The notes below the pieces were generated by a model, which saw only the letters and a program-made list of their open reading frames with translations, did not search any database and was not told the DNA's origin. Of a DNA stretch of 64,000 bases, positions 38,130-52,949 are shown one piece after another (the stretch's first letter is position 1; each line of letters starts with the position of its first letter). Location: the NCBI RefSeq assembly GCF_006345805.1, contig NC_043002.1:18476001-18540000 (forward strand). The letters run 5' to 3'. A program made the position numbers and the translations under genes. The stretch comes from Octopus sinensis. Its lineage: Eukaryota.

Positions 38130-39720
38130 TGGATTTTTTTGTCAAACAAGATGCTTATATCTATTTTTTATCAGACAGGATGCTAGCAAAAGGAATACGG
38201 TCACCGTAGAGTTTGCATATTAAGAAGCGTTTGGAATTTTTCAATAAAAAGATTCTCCTGGTTGATTCTTTCTTGTGTAGAGATTCTGTCTTTATATTGA
38301 TAGAAAGGGAATATATGAAATTTGGGATGTTTATTTCTAGCGCAAGAGTCTATGTGGCTACTGAGTTGAATTTGACGGTATTGTGGGAGATTTATCTGTT
38401 CTTTATGGACTGCTACTCTTCTGCGTAAAGGAAGGCTCGTTTGTCCGATATAATTGTGTTGGCAACCAGAGCATGTAAGAATCTAAATGAGGTTCTCGGA
38501 GGAACAAGAGAAGTTGGTCTTGATTTTAAACTTTATTCCTTGTTTGAAAGTAAATTCAGAGCCTTCAAGTAGACGGGAGCAGGTACCACAGTTAGAGCAT
38601 GCACATTTTTTAACTGATGTGGGTGTATGTGGTGTGTGAAGTTTAGCATTTTTTAAGAGTTTTTTCAATGATTTATGTTGCCTTTTGTATTTAAAGATTT
38701 TATGTGTATTCATTTTGGGGGTCTGTGAGCAGTAAGAGGAGGTTTTGTATGATTGTGGTGTATGCTTCGATGTTATTTTTTGGGGGGGATGTATAGAAGT
38801 ATTTTGAGGTTGGATGTGTTAATGTGTTGGGTGGTTTTCAGTGTATTATTGTCGAGTTCCTTGGCACGTTTTATTCCAGAGTCTATGAGTGTAGAGGGAT
38901 ATTGGCGTTGTGATAGTGTTTTTTTTTTTTGAGGTCTTGAAAACTGTGTTTTGGATGGCATGAACTGAAGAGGAGGTATTGTTGTGATTCTGTAGGTTTG
39001 TGGTAGATGTCGGTTGTGATTTGGTTGTTAGGTGTTTTTATAATTAGGAGATTAAGAAAAGGGAGATGATGTTTGCTGAATTCCATAGTGAATTGAATAT
39101 TGGGATGTATGTTGTTAAGTTTGGTTTTGAATTCCAGAAGTTTTTCATAAGATTCTTTCCATATGAAGACACAATAATCTAAGTATCTTTTCCAGTTTTC
39201 CATTAAGTATATGTGGAAAAGGTGTCCAAGTTTCTGGCGTGATATCTCATAAAGTGATAGATCGAAGAAACCCATTATGAGGTTCGCAAGGACTGGTAGT
39301 GTGTGTTTTCGAAGAGGAAGTAATTGCTTGTCAGAATGAACTTGAGTGATTCCGTAATGAAGGTCTTGCTAACGTGGTTAGGAAATGCTTCTGGGTGTTT
39401 CTTTTGCCAGAAATCAATTGCCTCAATACCATATTCAATCTGAACGTGAGAAGAGAAACACCACCAAATTATCGAGTGATTAATCACATCCTGAGCTTAA
39501 AAGACTGTAGCAAAGAGTTTAACATCAAGTACAACATACTAGAAATTTTGTAGCCAAATACAGAAGGAACCAAATGATGTGACATCTGCCCAGCTGAGAA
39601 GGTCCACATTTTCTGGATTACAAGAATCTTTAATGCATACTTAAATACTAATTCTGAAATCTTGACAAAATGAAAATGCTTCAACAACATTCAGCTTAAT
39701 ACTTGAACCCACCACAACTT
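38130..39720 (-). mobile_element. Penelope-like element remnant (RT C-terminus plus GIY-YIG)
   Basis: LNNIHPNIQFTME...LPFL...TDIYHKPT...YLLFSSCHPKH, then CSNCGTC...FSCSSENLI, on broken frames. Confidence 0.85.
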
Positions 39721-40128
39721 CCTACAAACCAGACAGTATTATTCTACATTAGCCTATTTAGAACTCAATAAAGTCACCCGAACATTGTGCAGCTCTAGCA
39801 TGATAAAACCCAAGTTTCCCATCGAGTAGTTGCTCCTTTTCTTTGATTTATATTTTTACTCTCCTCATTTCCTCCGCTCTCTGTTTTCTTGATCGTTCTT
39901 CCCCGCAGCCGCCATATTCACCACCTTTTCCACTTTCGCTGCATCTCAAATCTACGTTCTTCTTGACTCCAAAATAATATACATGGGTCTATATAGATAA
40001 TCACCTGTACTCTCCGTAATGTATGTGACTTTGCTTCGAAGTCAGTAGTCAGTATAACACAAAAAGAACCAAACTTTCAATATTGTTGTTATTGTTGCTT
40101 ATCCACATAGTACATATGTTGATAGTAC

Positions 40129-40328
40129 CTATTTCTTTACTATCCACAAGGGGCTAAACATAGAGAGGACAAACAAGGACAGACAAACGGATTAAGTCGA
40201 TTATATCGACCCCAGTGCGTAACTGGTACTTAATTTATCGACCTCGGCGGAATTTGAACTCAGAACGTAACGGCAGACGAAATACGGCTACGCATTTCGC
40301 CCGGCGTGCTAACGTTTCTGCCAGCTCG
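40129..40328 (-). mobile_element. SINE family A with central deletion and 13-bp TSD (1 mismatch)
   Basis: ATGTTGATAGTAC (40116-40128) / ATGTTGATAATAC (40329-40341). Confidence 0.88.
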
Positions 40329-41174
40329 ATGTTGATAATACTGTTAACATGTTAAATGTATGATTAAGCACACTTAACGTCAGTGGTTTGTTTGAGAGGT
40401 GCCTTCACAGCGCATGAATCCGTGTTGTGTCTTCATCATCTGAAATTGACATTTGATTGCCGTCTTGGTTTTAGGTCAGTACAAACCTAACTATTCGCTC
40501 GGTACTTATTTTATCCACTCCACAAAAGCGATATCGGTAATCAACAAATACAAGGTACTACTACAGAGTTCTCAAATCGATAGACTTCTAACAGTTACTT
40601 TTAAACGCCATATTGATTTTTCCCAGCTTACAATACAACACCCACATGGATCTACGTTTTATCTGTCTATAAAAAATTACTTCTACGCCTCCAATATTTT
40701 ATTATTTGCCCATAAGTGACTGTTTTTGAGAAGATTCGACAAAATCTTTCGACAGCGAATACCATTTCTCTCCTTGATACCTTGATTATTTTGTAAGAAA
40801 CTCAAGACAATATTTTTAATGACTTGAGAAGGAATTATAATATTCAGAAACATCTGACAAGCATCTTCTCTTAATTCAGAGACAGATTATATGCAAATTT
40901 CACAGTTATCTAGAATTCATGTTATTTGTATTTGAGGCAATGTAAAGGTGAATAATGAGAACAGCAAAATGCTTTCTATTTTCACTCCCTTTTGGTGAAA
41001 AGCACAATCCTTTGTTTGCCTGTAAGCCTCACTTTACCTTCACTATCCATAAAAAGCTATTTTTAATCATTGTAACACAACCACACTGCAAAACTGCCTT
41101 CTACTGCTTTAACCACTCATATCAACATCAGTATTTATTCAATTTATTTCAATTTTATATTTATTTTACCAGTA

Positions 41175-41507
41175 TCATTTTCTACTCTATGTACAAGGCC
41201 CGAAATTTAAGGGGAGGGGCCAGTCGATTAGATCAACCCCAGTACGCAACTGGGACTTAATTTATCGGACTCGAAAGGATGAAAGGCAAAGTCGACCTCG
41301 GCGGAATTTGAACTAAGAACGTAAAGAGAAACGAAATACCTATTTCTTTACCGCCCACAAGGCGATACACACAGAGGGAACAAACAAGGACAGACAAACA
41401 GATTATATCGACCCCAGTGTGTAACTGGTACTTATTTAATCGACCCCGAAAGGATGGAAGGCAAAATTAACCTCGACGGAATTTCAACTCAGAACGTAGC
41501 GGCAGTG
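41175..41507 (-). mobile_element. SINE family A tandem dimer
   Basis: Junction ACGAAATACC|TATTTCTTTAC at ~41331-41351. Confidence 0.85.
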
Positions 41508-41550
41508 AGAGACATACATACATACATACATACATACATACATACATACA

Positions 41551-41586
<36 letters not shown>

Positions 41587-41608
41587 TATATATAATATAT
41601 ATATATAT

Positions 41609-41639
<31 letters not shown>

Positions 41640-42231
41640 CATCATGAGCTAATAACTAACGGAAATAATGGTCTTTCAGTGTGGCAACGAAGGTTTAGTT
41701 ATCTCTCTGTGTCTGAGTGTGTGTATGTTTATGAATGTGTGTGGTTGTGTGTACATCTGTGTGAGCACGCGAATATATGTTTATGCGTATGAATGTGTGT
41801 ATATTTTATATATTATACATATATATATATATATATATATATATCTATATATATATATATATATTATATATATATATTATATATATATATATACATAGGC
41901 ACTTGTATGTATGTATGTATGTATGCATAAACGGCTAACCTTTCGTTGCGACAACGAAAGACCAGTTGCTTCCGTTAATTCCTTGATTGTGAGAGAGCAC
42001 ACAGAATGTGAAGTTATAGGCGGAAGTAGTTACGATTCTCCCGGCTTCTGCACGTCTGCGTCCACTACTGAAACGCTGACGGTGTCTAAGTGGCGTAGTT
42101 TTGGTGTTTTTTCATTCAAATGTATGTCCTCGTTATCCAGTTTGGTGAAGAGAGGCACTAACTCATTAAAAAGAAGCAAGAGACCATATATATTTGCATA
42201 CGTGTAAGCACGCAGATAGTTTTTGCACACG

Positions 42232-42268
<37 letters not shown>

Positions 42269-42271
42269 CCA

Positions 42272-42341
<70 letters not shown>

Positions 42342-42419
42342 TATATACATATACATACGCATATATATGTATGGATATATATATATATAATATATATATA
42401 TGACCGCGTTAGTGCCGTT

Positions 42420-42600
42420 GGCGATTTTTTTTCCTCCGTCTTCCCTTCTCTGGATCTTTCCTTTTCCTATATTTCTGATGAAGAGCTCCACTCAAAACGT
42501 TAAACCCTCCTTCTTTCCTTCTTTCCTGAGCGTCCATAATACTATATTTGTTCCACGTCCTCGCGTTGTTGTGTTTTCTGTTTATGTTTTCATGTTTGGA
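42420..42600 (+). mobile_element. Short hammerhead-bearing repeat (Penelope pLTR-like); ribozyme core mutated
   Basis: TTT-CTGATGA-A-GAGC TCC ACTC-AAAA-CGTT-AAA at 42472-42505; homologous to 61915..62075. Confidence 0.7.
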
Positions 42601-42616
42601 TTAACTTTAACTATAT

Positions 42617-42681
<65 letters not shown>

Positions 42682-42949
42682 GTATATGTATACACGTAGT
42701 TTGATCAACAAGTATCTGGAGTGTAGCCATAGTCGTATTCCACTATACTTCCGCACTTGTACACGTTTACACTCATACACACATCACATCTCAAAAATCT
42801 ACATACGATCACTATCTCATATATGTCGACCTCTTTTCGTTACCTTTTCCCTATAGAATCTCGTTCTTGCCTAGCTTTCAACCACAGGCCAATTTTTTTT
42901 TGTTTTGCTTTTTTTCTTTCCTTTTCTCCCTCCTTCTCTGCTTGTTTCT

Positions 42950-42987
42950 TTCTTCTGATGAAAGATTAATGTCCGAAATATTAAGAA
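42950..42987 (+). ncRNA. Minimal type I hammerhead motif, weak stem II
   Basis: TTCTT-CTGATGA-A-AGAT TAAT GTCC-GAAA-TA-TT-AAGAA; perfect 5-bp stem I, palindromic AATATT stem III. Confidence 0.6.
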
Positions 42988-43360
42988 TCTTTTCTTCTTT
43001 TGAGCATTAAGCTAATACAGCGCTTGTTAAACGTTGACCCTTCTGTGTTCTCTGTTTCTTCCATTTATTGCTCATTTGCAATCTAGTTTTAACGCTTTCG
43101 TGGACATAATATGTGCATCTGTATGTGTCTCTATGTATGTGTATAAGTGCACATATATACAAATGTATGTATATATACGTACACAAATATACTCTTCTCG
43201 TTAAAGAAGAATAAATTTCTACTCCACCATATGTATTGAGTAATCCTTCAATTTAGTGTAAAAAAATATTGTACCATAAAACACACACATACACTCATAA
43301 ATATACATGCATACTTACAATATACATACATACATATATATATGTATATATATATATATA

Positions 43361-43411
<51 letters not shown>

Positions 43412-43458
43412 TATATATTTGTGTGTGTGTGTGTGTGTGTGTAGAAGTAGAAAATGGG

Positions 43459-43545
43459 GATTGTGAAGTAAATAAGAGTTTATTATTAACGAAAAAATTA
43501 TGCTCGATTTGTTGTTAATAATAAACTCTTATTAACTTCACAATC
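43459..43545. repeat. Hairpin with 32-bp arms (1 mismatch) and 23-nt loop
   Basis: 43459-43490 vs 43514-43545. Confidence 0.85.
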
Positions 43546-44057
43546 TCCATGTCCTTCTTCTTCCTTTATATGAATATAAGCTACCTATTATTTTAAGGAA
43601 ATCATTTCCCCCAAAAATATTAGGTATTGAACCTATGTTTCTCTGGATGCCACCATCCCTTCAGACAGCCGACAACTGTTGAAAGGACATTCTTTATGTT
43701 TTCCATTTGTTTCTCTCGCTGTTTACGTATTAAACTCATTCGTTTTCGTACTTCATGTTGTTTACTGTTGGTGACGTCATGTACCCATACATGCATACGT
43801 ATATATATACACACATACAAACAAACATATATATACATATATATTATATAAATATTTTACATATTATATATATACATACATACACACATATACATATATG
43901 TATACACACACAAGTATATATTCTTCGTTGAATGAGAAGCACCTGAACGTCTTCTTGCATTCTTCCCCATCAGTTGGTATTCTGGCGTTAATGATGATTC
44001 GCTGAAATACTTGGGTACTTCCCCACCATTCTATCACCGTTTCTGTTGGTCACAGGA

Positions 44058-45850
44058 GATAGAACTTCAAGTCAAATTAGATGCCACTAGATACTCTTTC
44101 AACCAAGCGCCTAGGTGTAATACTTTATCTATATTCCCAAAGCAGTAAACGGATAAATTTGGACAGGTGTTGTGTTTCTTTTTGGAATAGGTGCTGTGTG
44201 TTTCTTTTTTACACCAGTGTATATGTTTCTTTTTGGAATAATAACCCTCCTGAGATAGAACCATATATCTTTCAGATCATTCAGTTTGTATTGCTTTCAT
44301 ATGCGTGTAGTTATGATACAGTAACCACATACTGTTGACAATCATCACCATAGCTTTTTCAGTTGAATTTGCGTGGTATTTGATACATCAGTATGACAGT
44401 AAATATCAAACTACTTCATCTTGCTGATATTTGAACAGTTTACCATCATAAGAACGCTCCAACGTCTGATATTGTAATTTTGTTATAAAGCCATTCTCGA
44501 CGTGAAGGCGAAAATTGTCTTTACAAGAGGCACTTGTAAACATGATGTTGAGATTTGTTTAAAGCTGAGATATGTTTGACAGATAATTCTGTCATTTAAA
44601 CTGGAACCAAACTAGCAAGAAGAAATTTACAAATATGCCTACTGCTTTCTTTTTCTGAACATATGGAAACAGTCGCTATTTAACGAAGCCTATCTTTTCT
44701 AATAAAAACAATGGTCTAATAAACGCACTCTGATTGCTATTAAAATGCAGCATTCATGGGCCCGAGAACAGGGGTGCAAGTGGTGCAAGTGCACCCCCTA
44801 GAACTTTTGCAGAGTGCAGAACCAAAATTTGCAGCCCTATTTATTTTCCTCGGGTTTAGAAAACGGTAAATAAAAAGTGATGTGTAAAAAGTAGCTTGAA
44901 GTTGGGTTCCTTCTCAAAGAGCAAAACACAAAAATAACAAAAAAAAATAGACCTTTTTTGTAAATATTTTTGGACCTGGGTTTGCAACCCCTAAGCAAAT
45001 TTCATTCCCGAGCCAGTGGCAGCATTAAAATTAACTTTTACTTTGTAACTCAAATGCAAGCTTGAAGATAGAACTTCAAGTCAGAATACGTACAACCCAG
45101 ATAGACGCTAATAATAAGCATTACTTTCGATACTCTTTCAACCAACCATCTAGGAGTAATACTTTATCTATCTCCCCAAAACAGTAATACCTTGCGGATA
45201 AATTTGGACAGGTGCTGATGCTGTGTGTGATATCTTAACCATTGGATATGCAATCTATACTTTCTATCACGTCGTGTACGTTTAGGAACAGCCTTAACTC
45301 TAATCTTTTAATACGTATTTCATGTTTTTGCACTGAAAAGACGTAGCCTTCTAGATGAGATGAGATGTTGGTATCACAACTCCCCGTGAAGCTATAAATC
45401 ATGCCAATGATTAATTGTCAATGTTGGTATTCTCCAGCGATGCGTAACTTTCTGCTGGAATGAGTATTTTCTTCACCACGTTTATGTTAAGTAAGTTAAA
45501 CCAGCTATCCGTGCTTCACATGGAACAGCTGTACATTCGGATTACCTGCTGAGTAGTTCTTCATTTAATTCAACTGCGTTATTCATTTCTCTCTTTTCTG
45601 TTATCTAAGTGATATTATGTGACACTCAAAGGCCGTCTGGATTGGCCTTATGCTTCTGTAGCCATCCCTCCGTTTAACATAGATCCTGCAAGCGTCACTA
45701 GTGATGTGGAAGTTACTAGGTTGTATCCTTCTAGATTCGATGTTTAATTTAAAGATCTCTTCAAATGTCCATTCTAGTATCCGAAATGTTAGTACACTGG
45801 TCCTACCAAAAGCATTCTGAGTGACGGTCACATTGATTTCAGACAGCACT
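44058..45850 (-). mobile_element. Decayed RLE LINE (R4-like) pieces, partly duplicated, interrupted by a MITE
   Basis: ORF 45601..45849 reads LEWTFEEI...FHITSD..RIYVKR...FECHIISLR; STCPNLSARYY-type segment at ~45067-45212, duplicated at ~44058-44170. Confidence 0.6.
44755..45018. mobile_element. hAT-like MITE with 8-bp TSD
   Basis: CA...TG termini, imperfect 14-bp TIR (10/14); GCAGCATT at 44747-44754 and 45019-45026. Confidence 0.8.
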
Positions 45851-45946
45851 GATGTCTATATATATATATGTGTGTGTGTATACATGTGTGTGTGTGTCTG
45901 TGTGTGTGTGTCTGTGAGTGTGTCTGTGTCTGTGTGTCTGTGTGTA

Positions 45947-45984
<38 letters not shown>

Positions 45985-47680
45985 TGTACGCGCGTGCGTG
46001 TACAGTAGAAGCCCTTATTAAGACGACTTTGAAATAGAGTCTCTTTAGTTTGCAGTAATCAGCTGATAACTTAGGTATATGTTAGAAGTGTCCGTGGGTA
46101 GACATATGTGTACTTCCCCCCATTTAACTTACACTAGATCCATTATTTTAGGTCATCCATAAAAGGATATTGTGAAGTTAATTTCTATATATACGACAAT
46201 TATGTCTCAAATTAAATGCTTGTTTTATCTAATCTTGCGCTCAGGCTGCTTTCTTTTAGTGACACATATTCGTTGATTCTCGACATCTGGTGTTCAAGTT
46301 GTGAATTTTTTGCACCTGACTGTTTTCACAATCGTTTCTAGTTGACGATGTCAGTAATAAAGCATTTAATAATGGACAAGTTTTAAAATCATTCCACGAC
46401 TCTGTAAATCAGATCATCTCCTCCAATAGATTTCTCACTCTGCCGAAGTCATAACATTGAGAAATGATTTGATAAAATCTTGTTCGACAATGGATGACAT
46501 TTGCTTCCCAAGTGCCTTTATTCTTGATTATTTTATTGCAAAATAGACATTGTTCCTAAAATAAAGTGTAAGCAACAGAAGCAGCATTGAATTGAAATAA
46601 CCATCTGTAAGCTGTACTTACCGTAAATACACCATTGCAAGACTTGATGCTATAGTTTGCAAAATGTCTGCGAGAAAACTTCTTCACAGATATATCTTGT
46701 TAAAAACACAATATATTTTGGAGTAAGACGAGTATCGTCCTAGCAGCGACTCTCATGAACATCAAACATGTTTTTCCCTTCTTGGGCCTAGTCAGTGACA
46801 AATACCCGATTGACTCGTTCCTAGACGGAATATGTCACATCCGTCATATAGCGATCATCGAATAGCACATTCACAAACATTGCGCACAGCTTGCCGAGCG
46901 TAAATAAACTCAGTGTACGCAATTGAAACAGCATTAAATTATAAATGCCATCTGTGTATCATATTCAGCAAATACACACCATTGACAGGGATGACAAGCT
47001 CCAAGAAAGGCGAAACGCGTCTGACGTTCTCATGATTCACTGCTGTGGCGATGTTTGTCTCTTTCCGATACATATTGTGTTGAATTTTTGTTTGTGAATT
47101 ATAATGTTGCTGTACTATCAATAAAGAGATGACTTTCGGTTTCAAATCTAGTGAATTGTAAGACAGCATTTTTTGGTGAGGACAGGAAACTGTGATGCCG
47201 AGCACTTAGTGAAAACACTTTTCTACTGGAGAAAGCAGATTGTCTTTAGCCGAGATCAGAATTTCTGATATTCTTACAATCACAGAATAAGCATTTCTAA
47301 ATAACATGCATTGCACAAAATGAAATACACATTTTTATGCGTACAAAAATATGGAGTCGTAGAGTAAATTATTTTTCACTGTGGGGCTCAAAGTCTATAA
47401 AGCTATAAATGTTAGTATGTAGAATATTAGATGATAAAGAGTTCCCTGGATGGAAAAAAAGTAGCACGTTGACCACAGGACCCAAACCTACTTTTTTGTA
47501 AGAATGACAGACACGCCAACCATTACACCAAAGCAACGCTTCAAATTTTTTCATCCAATTTAGAAGTTTTGTTCTTATCGGGGCGGATTTTTTCTCATTG
47601 GCAAGATGTTTACATGGTAAGAATTCAGAAAATGAAAGAGATATGAAGTAAATTGATTTTTGACAGTGAAACTGTAAGTA

Positions 47681-47760
47681 CAGTAGAACTTCGTTTTACG
47701 AATGCCTCTCATCACGAACAAATCGGTTTACGAACAAGTTTTCTGACATAAAATTGTTAG
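47681..47760 (+). mobile_element. Single pogo/Tigger-like transposon end
   Basis: TA|CAGTAGAACTTCGTTTTACGAA...; partner end not found. Confidence 0.4.
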
Positions 47761-48553
47761 TCGATGGTTGTTTCGAATTGTATTTTGTCAATTGTGGAAA
47801 TGGAAGTTGTACGGAACCCATGTCTGACAAGTATAGAAGTCTTCAAACATTGTAGCAGGGAAGACGTATCGAACACTACTAGGTGTCGCCTCTTGAAGCA
47901 GGTAGCCAGGAATTTGTAGGCCCCTTGTTTTCCTTTTTAATAGTCCTCAATGCTACAATGGCCTCGATCCTTTTTGAGACATGAACGTTAGGAAATTAAG
48001 AAAGGAAATTGGTTTACAAATTATTCAGAGACATTTCAAAAGAAAATTGAAGCTACATGCATATAAGACACAAATAGAATAAATATATTATAAAGACCAG
48101 AGAGTCAAGTTAGTACAAGTGTGTTTTAATGATCCACTTATCAATAACTTGTTCATCTTTTGCCTCACCGATTTTCCGACTCATCACCTCATCGCTCATC
48201 TGCGCATGTCCAGTAAAAAGTTGCTTCTACCTCAATTAATTTTGTTCATTAAAGCTTTCTTGAAGCTGGTGGCCATCTTCACCGATATTACTACGCTGTA
48301 CATGTAAATAAAAGAAAAATACATTTGGAGAGAGTCAACTGAATGATAAAATAGTTTGAGCAATTGAAGTAATACGTGGGTCTGGGACTTTGTGTGTATG
48401 TGAGTGAATGCTTGTATTTGAGAAGGTATACGTAATTAAAAATTTGAGTGAACTGTATGTAACAACTGGGATTGTTTCTTGTCGTAGAAATAGTGTAGTC
48501 ATTGAGGATTTTACCCAATTTTAATAATAATAATAATAACAATAATAATAATA

Positions 48554-48618
<65 letters not shown>

Positions 48619-48619
<1 letters not shown>

Positions 48620-49078
48620 TTGTCTTGGTATAAAAGATAGGCTACAGCAAATATTCTGCTCAATACCACAGATTTGATTGTCAGTTGTTTGACCTTAACC
48701 AGTTGAGTATGTCCCTTAGTGGCTGACGATATGTGCATCTCTGATCATGAGCAGAAGTAGTGGAGGAGAATCATAGCCATGTGTTGAAAGGAATTCTTGG
48801 AGGTTTGGATAATTCACCTTGGAAACATGGGTGGTTCGTCCAACATCCTTAAACAATCCTTATTCAGGGACTTTTTGAGCGGGAAGAAAATTCTAACTGG
48901 GCCCCACCTGCAAGGTCATGTGCTGTTTATCTTGATATGAGATCACCATGTCGCGCACATATGGTTGTGATGCATGTGCCTGGTGTACCCTTTTCAGACG
49001 GGTAGTCATGATGGGTATACTGGGCTTGGTATATTTTACCCCAGTATCACTTTGATGGCATGCACTACTCTCTCACTC
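48619..49078. mobile_element. Interspersed repeat family F, longest copy, in an (AAT)/(ATT) tract
   Basis: Reverse complement of 23887..24334 with an extra internal segment. Confidence 0.85.
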
Positions 49079-49162
49079 AATAATGATAATAATAATAATA
49101 ACTGTAAACCACAGCAAAATTCATAGAAAGAAAAAAAGAAAAATTCAACGATGTGACCATCA

Positions 49163-49215
<53 letters not shown>

Positions 49216-49267
49216 AGTATGTGTGTGTATCATTTTTCTATCAGTAATAAAAAATAAAACAAGGTGA

Positions 49268-49756
<489 letters not shown>

Positions 49757-49789
49757 TAACAATAACAAATAGTAAAAAAAATGAAAATA

Positions 49790-52700
49790 ATAAAATCAGT
49801 GATGATAATAATAATTATGAAAGGAAGCGGTTGGAATCTCCCCATGTCCTGATTGATGATATATCTAGTAATGGTGTCACGATAAAAACACTGGTAATTG
49901 CGCAACCTAATAATCGCTACCTCATACGAATGACAATGAAAAAACAAAATATTGTGAATAGCGGTGGTAATGAAACTAAAGCCCTTGATGGTGACAGGGT
50001 TGCGCCCAGCAGGCTCAGAGATACTGGTCTGACTCCAGCCTGTCGTTATTCAGCAAGGGACCAGCACACACGGCGTAGATGGGACAAACAAGTCAATGCT
50101 GTGGTTATGGAGTGTTACGACCTGAGCAACCCTGTAGACGAAAATGGTGTTCTTATTAGGGGATACCGACAACGTATTATGGAGAGAGAGTGAGGATTGT
50201 TTCAACTCACGGAATAAAGATTATGTGATCAAACTAGAGCAATAAGAAAAAAAACGTTGGCTCACAGAAGTAGAGCTCGAGGCTATCAAAAGACGGGTAT
50301 TGGATAACAGCAACAGTAAGAACGATAAAAATAAAGTTCTTATTGATAAAATTAATCTCATGGCAGAAAACAGAGGTGAGATCTCTAATAAACCACAAGA
50401 AACAGTGATAGCTTGTCAATGAGAGACAAATAGATGGTCTGGAAGAAGACAATGAAACTAATGGTGATATGACAGATGGGCAAAAGACAATCTACGACAG
50501 AATAAAGGCAAGGCTACAGGAGAACGATAGCGACATTATTTGCAACCTTAAAAAGGTTGATGGGTGGAAATTGAACCAAGAAACGAACAAATGTGAATGA
50601 AATACATCAGAACAAAAACCATCACAGAAACAAATAATTTGATCAAGGTAAGTATTGTTATAGCAGAAAATATGGGTGTTGATGTCATATAAAAAAGAAA
50701 AGATCCATAGTGGAAAAGAAAAATACAGGCGGGGTTAGACATGTTCTCGAAAAACATTTCTGTGTTAGACCGAAAAGATAAGGGCGGGGCTTAAAAGCAA
50801 ATAAAAATACAGAGCACTGAACAGGAAATATGATATTGAAGGTAAGGGCCTGAAAGTGGTAATGGAGAAACTGAAACAGCGCATCGCTGCAAAGAAAGCA
50901 AAAATAGTAAAATACAACCAAAGAAGGAAGGGATACAAGCAGAATAGGTTATTCAGAGAAGATCAGAAGGGATTTTACAAAGAAGTAAATGGAGTGTGTA
51001 CAGATGAAAAGTTGATACCAGATAGCATTGAAAACCAAAAGTTTTGGAGTGACATCTGGAGCAAAGACAAGGAACACAATAAGGATGCTGAATGGTTGCA
51101 AGAACTGAAATAAACAGTAGTCTGTCCAAAACAGGCAGAACTACTCATTTCAGTTTGGGAAGTAAAGGAAATCAGCAACAAAATGGGAAACTGGAAGGCC
51201 CCAGGACCAGACGGAGTTCAAGGTTACTGGATAAAAAGATTTGGTGAATGCCATGCATGAATAGCTGCACAACTCAACATCCTGTTAAATACCGACCAAG
51301 TAACACCAGAGTGGTCGACAATGGGTTGGTGCTATGCCTGAAAAACTTCGAAAAAGGCAATACGGTAGACAATTACAGGCCGATATCCTGCTTGCCACTT
51401 GTGTAGAAATTATTGACTAAAATAGTCGCAGTTAATATACGAAAAAATGGAGTCCTGCCACATGAGCAGAAGGGTTGCAAACGTAAGAGCAGAGATACCA
51501 AGGATCAACTCCTGATAGACAAAACTGTACTCAGAGACTGCAAGAGGAGGAAAACTAACTTAGTTATGTCATAGATCGATTATTGTAAGGTGTACGATAT
51601 GATCCCACATTCTTGAATTATGGAATGTATGAACCTATTTGGTATTGCATCAAATGTTGAGCGATTGCTTGGAAAAAGTATGGTGAAGTGGAGGACGGAC
51701 CTGACAGCATACGGAAGAAGTTTAGGGAAATAGAAATCAGGAGAGGCATCTTCTAAGGAGACTGCCTGTCCTCACTGATCTTTGTACTGTGCTTGATACC
51801 ACTAACAGTGATTCTGAGGAGAGCAAAGGCTGGGTGTGTATCAAAGAAACGCCAACATAAAGTCAACCATTTATTACTTATGGAAAACTTCAAACTTTAT
51901 AGTAAAGATGAATCTCAAGTCAGTTCCCTCGTTGATACGGTGCATACTTGCAGTACTGATATCAGAATTGAGTTCAAACTAAAAAAGTGTGATGTGTTAG
52001 TCTTGAAGAAAGGCAAATATCAAATGTATGGACGGGTCAGCGATACCGTTGGGGGAGGTTATGAAACAAATAGAAGAGGTGGGCTATAAGTACTTGGGGA
52101 TATTTGAAATTGATAAATTGATGGAGAAAAAAATGACAAAAATATTTAAGGTGGAGTACTTGGGCAGACTGAGACGGATCCTTAATTTGAAATTAAACGG
52201 ACGGAATAAGATTGAAGCGATCAACACCTGGGCGGTTTTACTCCTTAGATATAGAGCAGGGGTGATCGCATGAACAGTAGACGAACTAAACAGCTTAGAC
52301 AGAAAGACAAGGAAGTCGCTAACTAGATATAGGATATTCAATCCAAAAAGTGACTCAGACAGACTGTATGTAGAAAGAAAGAGAGGAGGAAGGGGACTGT
52401 TTGGATGCGAACACAGCATTAGAGCAAATTAAAACAACATAACGTGGTATGTAACAAATGTCTCAGAACTGCTATTATTGGAAGTAAGAAGGTCAGGCTT
52501 GTGCAGGATGGAAGATTGCAAAAATAAAGCACTGTGCAAGCACTTGAGAATGAATCAAACTGAAAATAGGCGGATAAAGAAAAGAATGCATGGACAACTT
52601 CACAGGGATGTTGAAGATAAAACAGACACAGAAAAAAGATGGCTATGGATGAGTAAAAGTAATTTAAAAATGGAAACGGAATCTCTAACCTGTGCTGCCT

Positions 52701-52930
52701 AAGAGCAAGCGTTAAGAACCAATTACATCAAATACAGAATAGAGAACACATCAAATAAGTGCAGAATTTGTAGACAAAATGGGGAAACAGTCTGGCATAT
52801 TACCAGCCAATGTACGCCACTAGCCCAGAAAGAATATAAGCGATGTCATAATATAACAAGGATTGTCCATTGGACACTTTGCAACAAGTATGGACTTGAC
52901 AGAGCAAAAAAGTGGTATGAAAGGCATGAA
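49790..52930 (+). mobile_element. Near full-length decayed R4/Dong-like RLE LINE
   Basis: N-terminal RRRWDKQVNAVVMECY, RT motifs ([43 protein letters not shown]), CCHC finger KCRIC..ETVWHI..C; many stops and frameshifts. Confidence 0.92.
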
Positions 52931-52949
52931 AGGAAAAAATGTACGGCCA

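Noticed and set aside
46939-47205. 88-aa minus ORF as an additional receptor exon
   Set aside because: No recognisable motif and no convincing splice sites in that frame.
48160-48206. Minus-strand hammerhead-like string
   Set aside because: The core is mutated (CAGATGA) and the stems are unconvincing.
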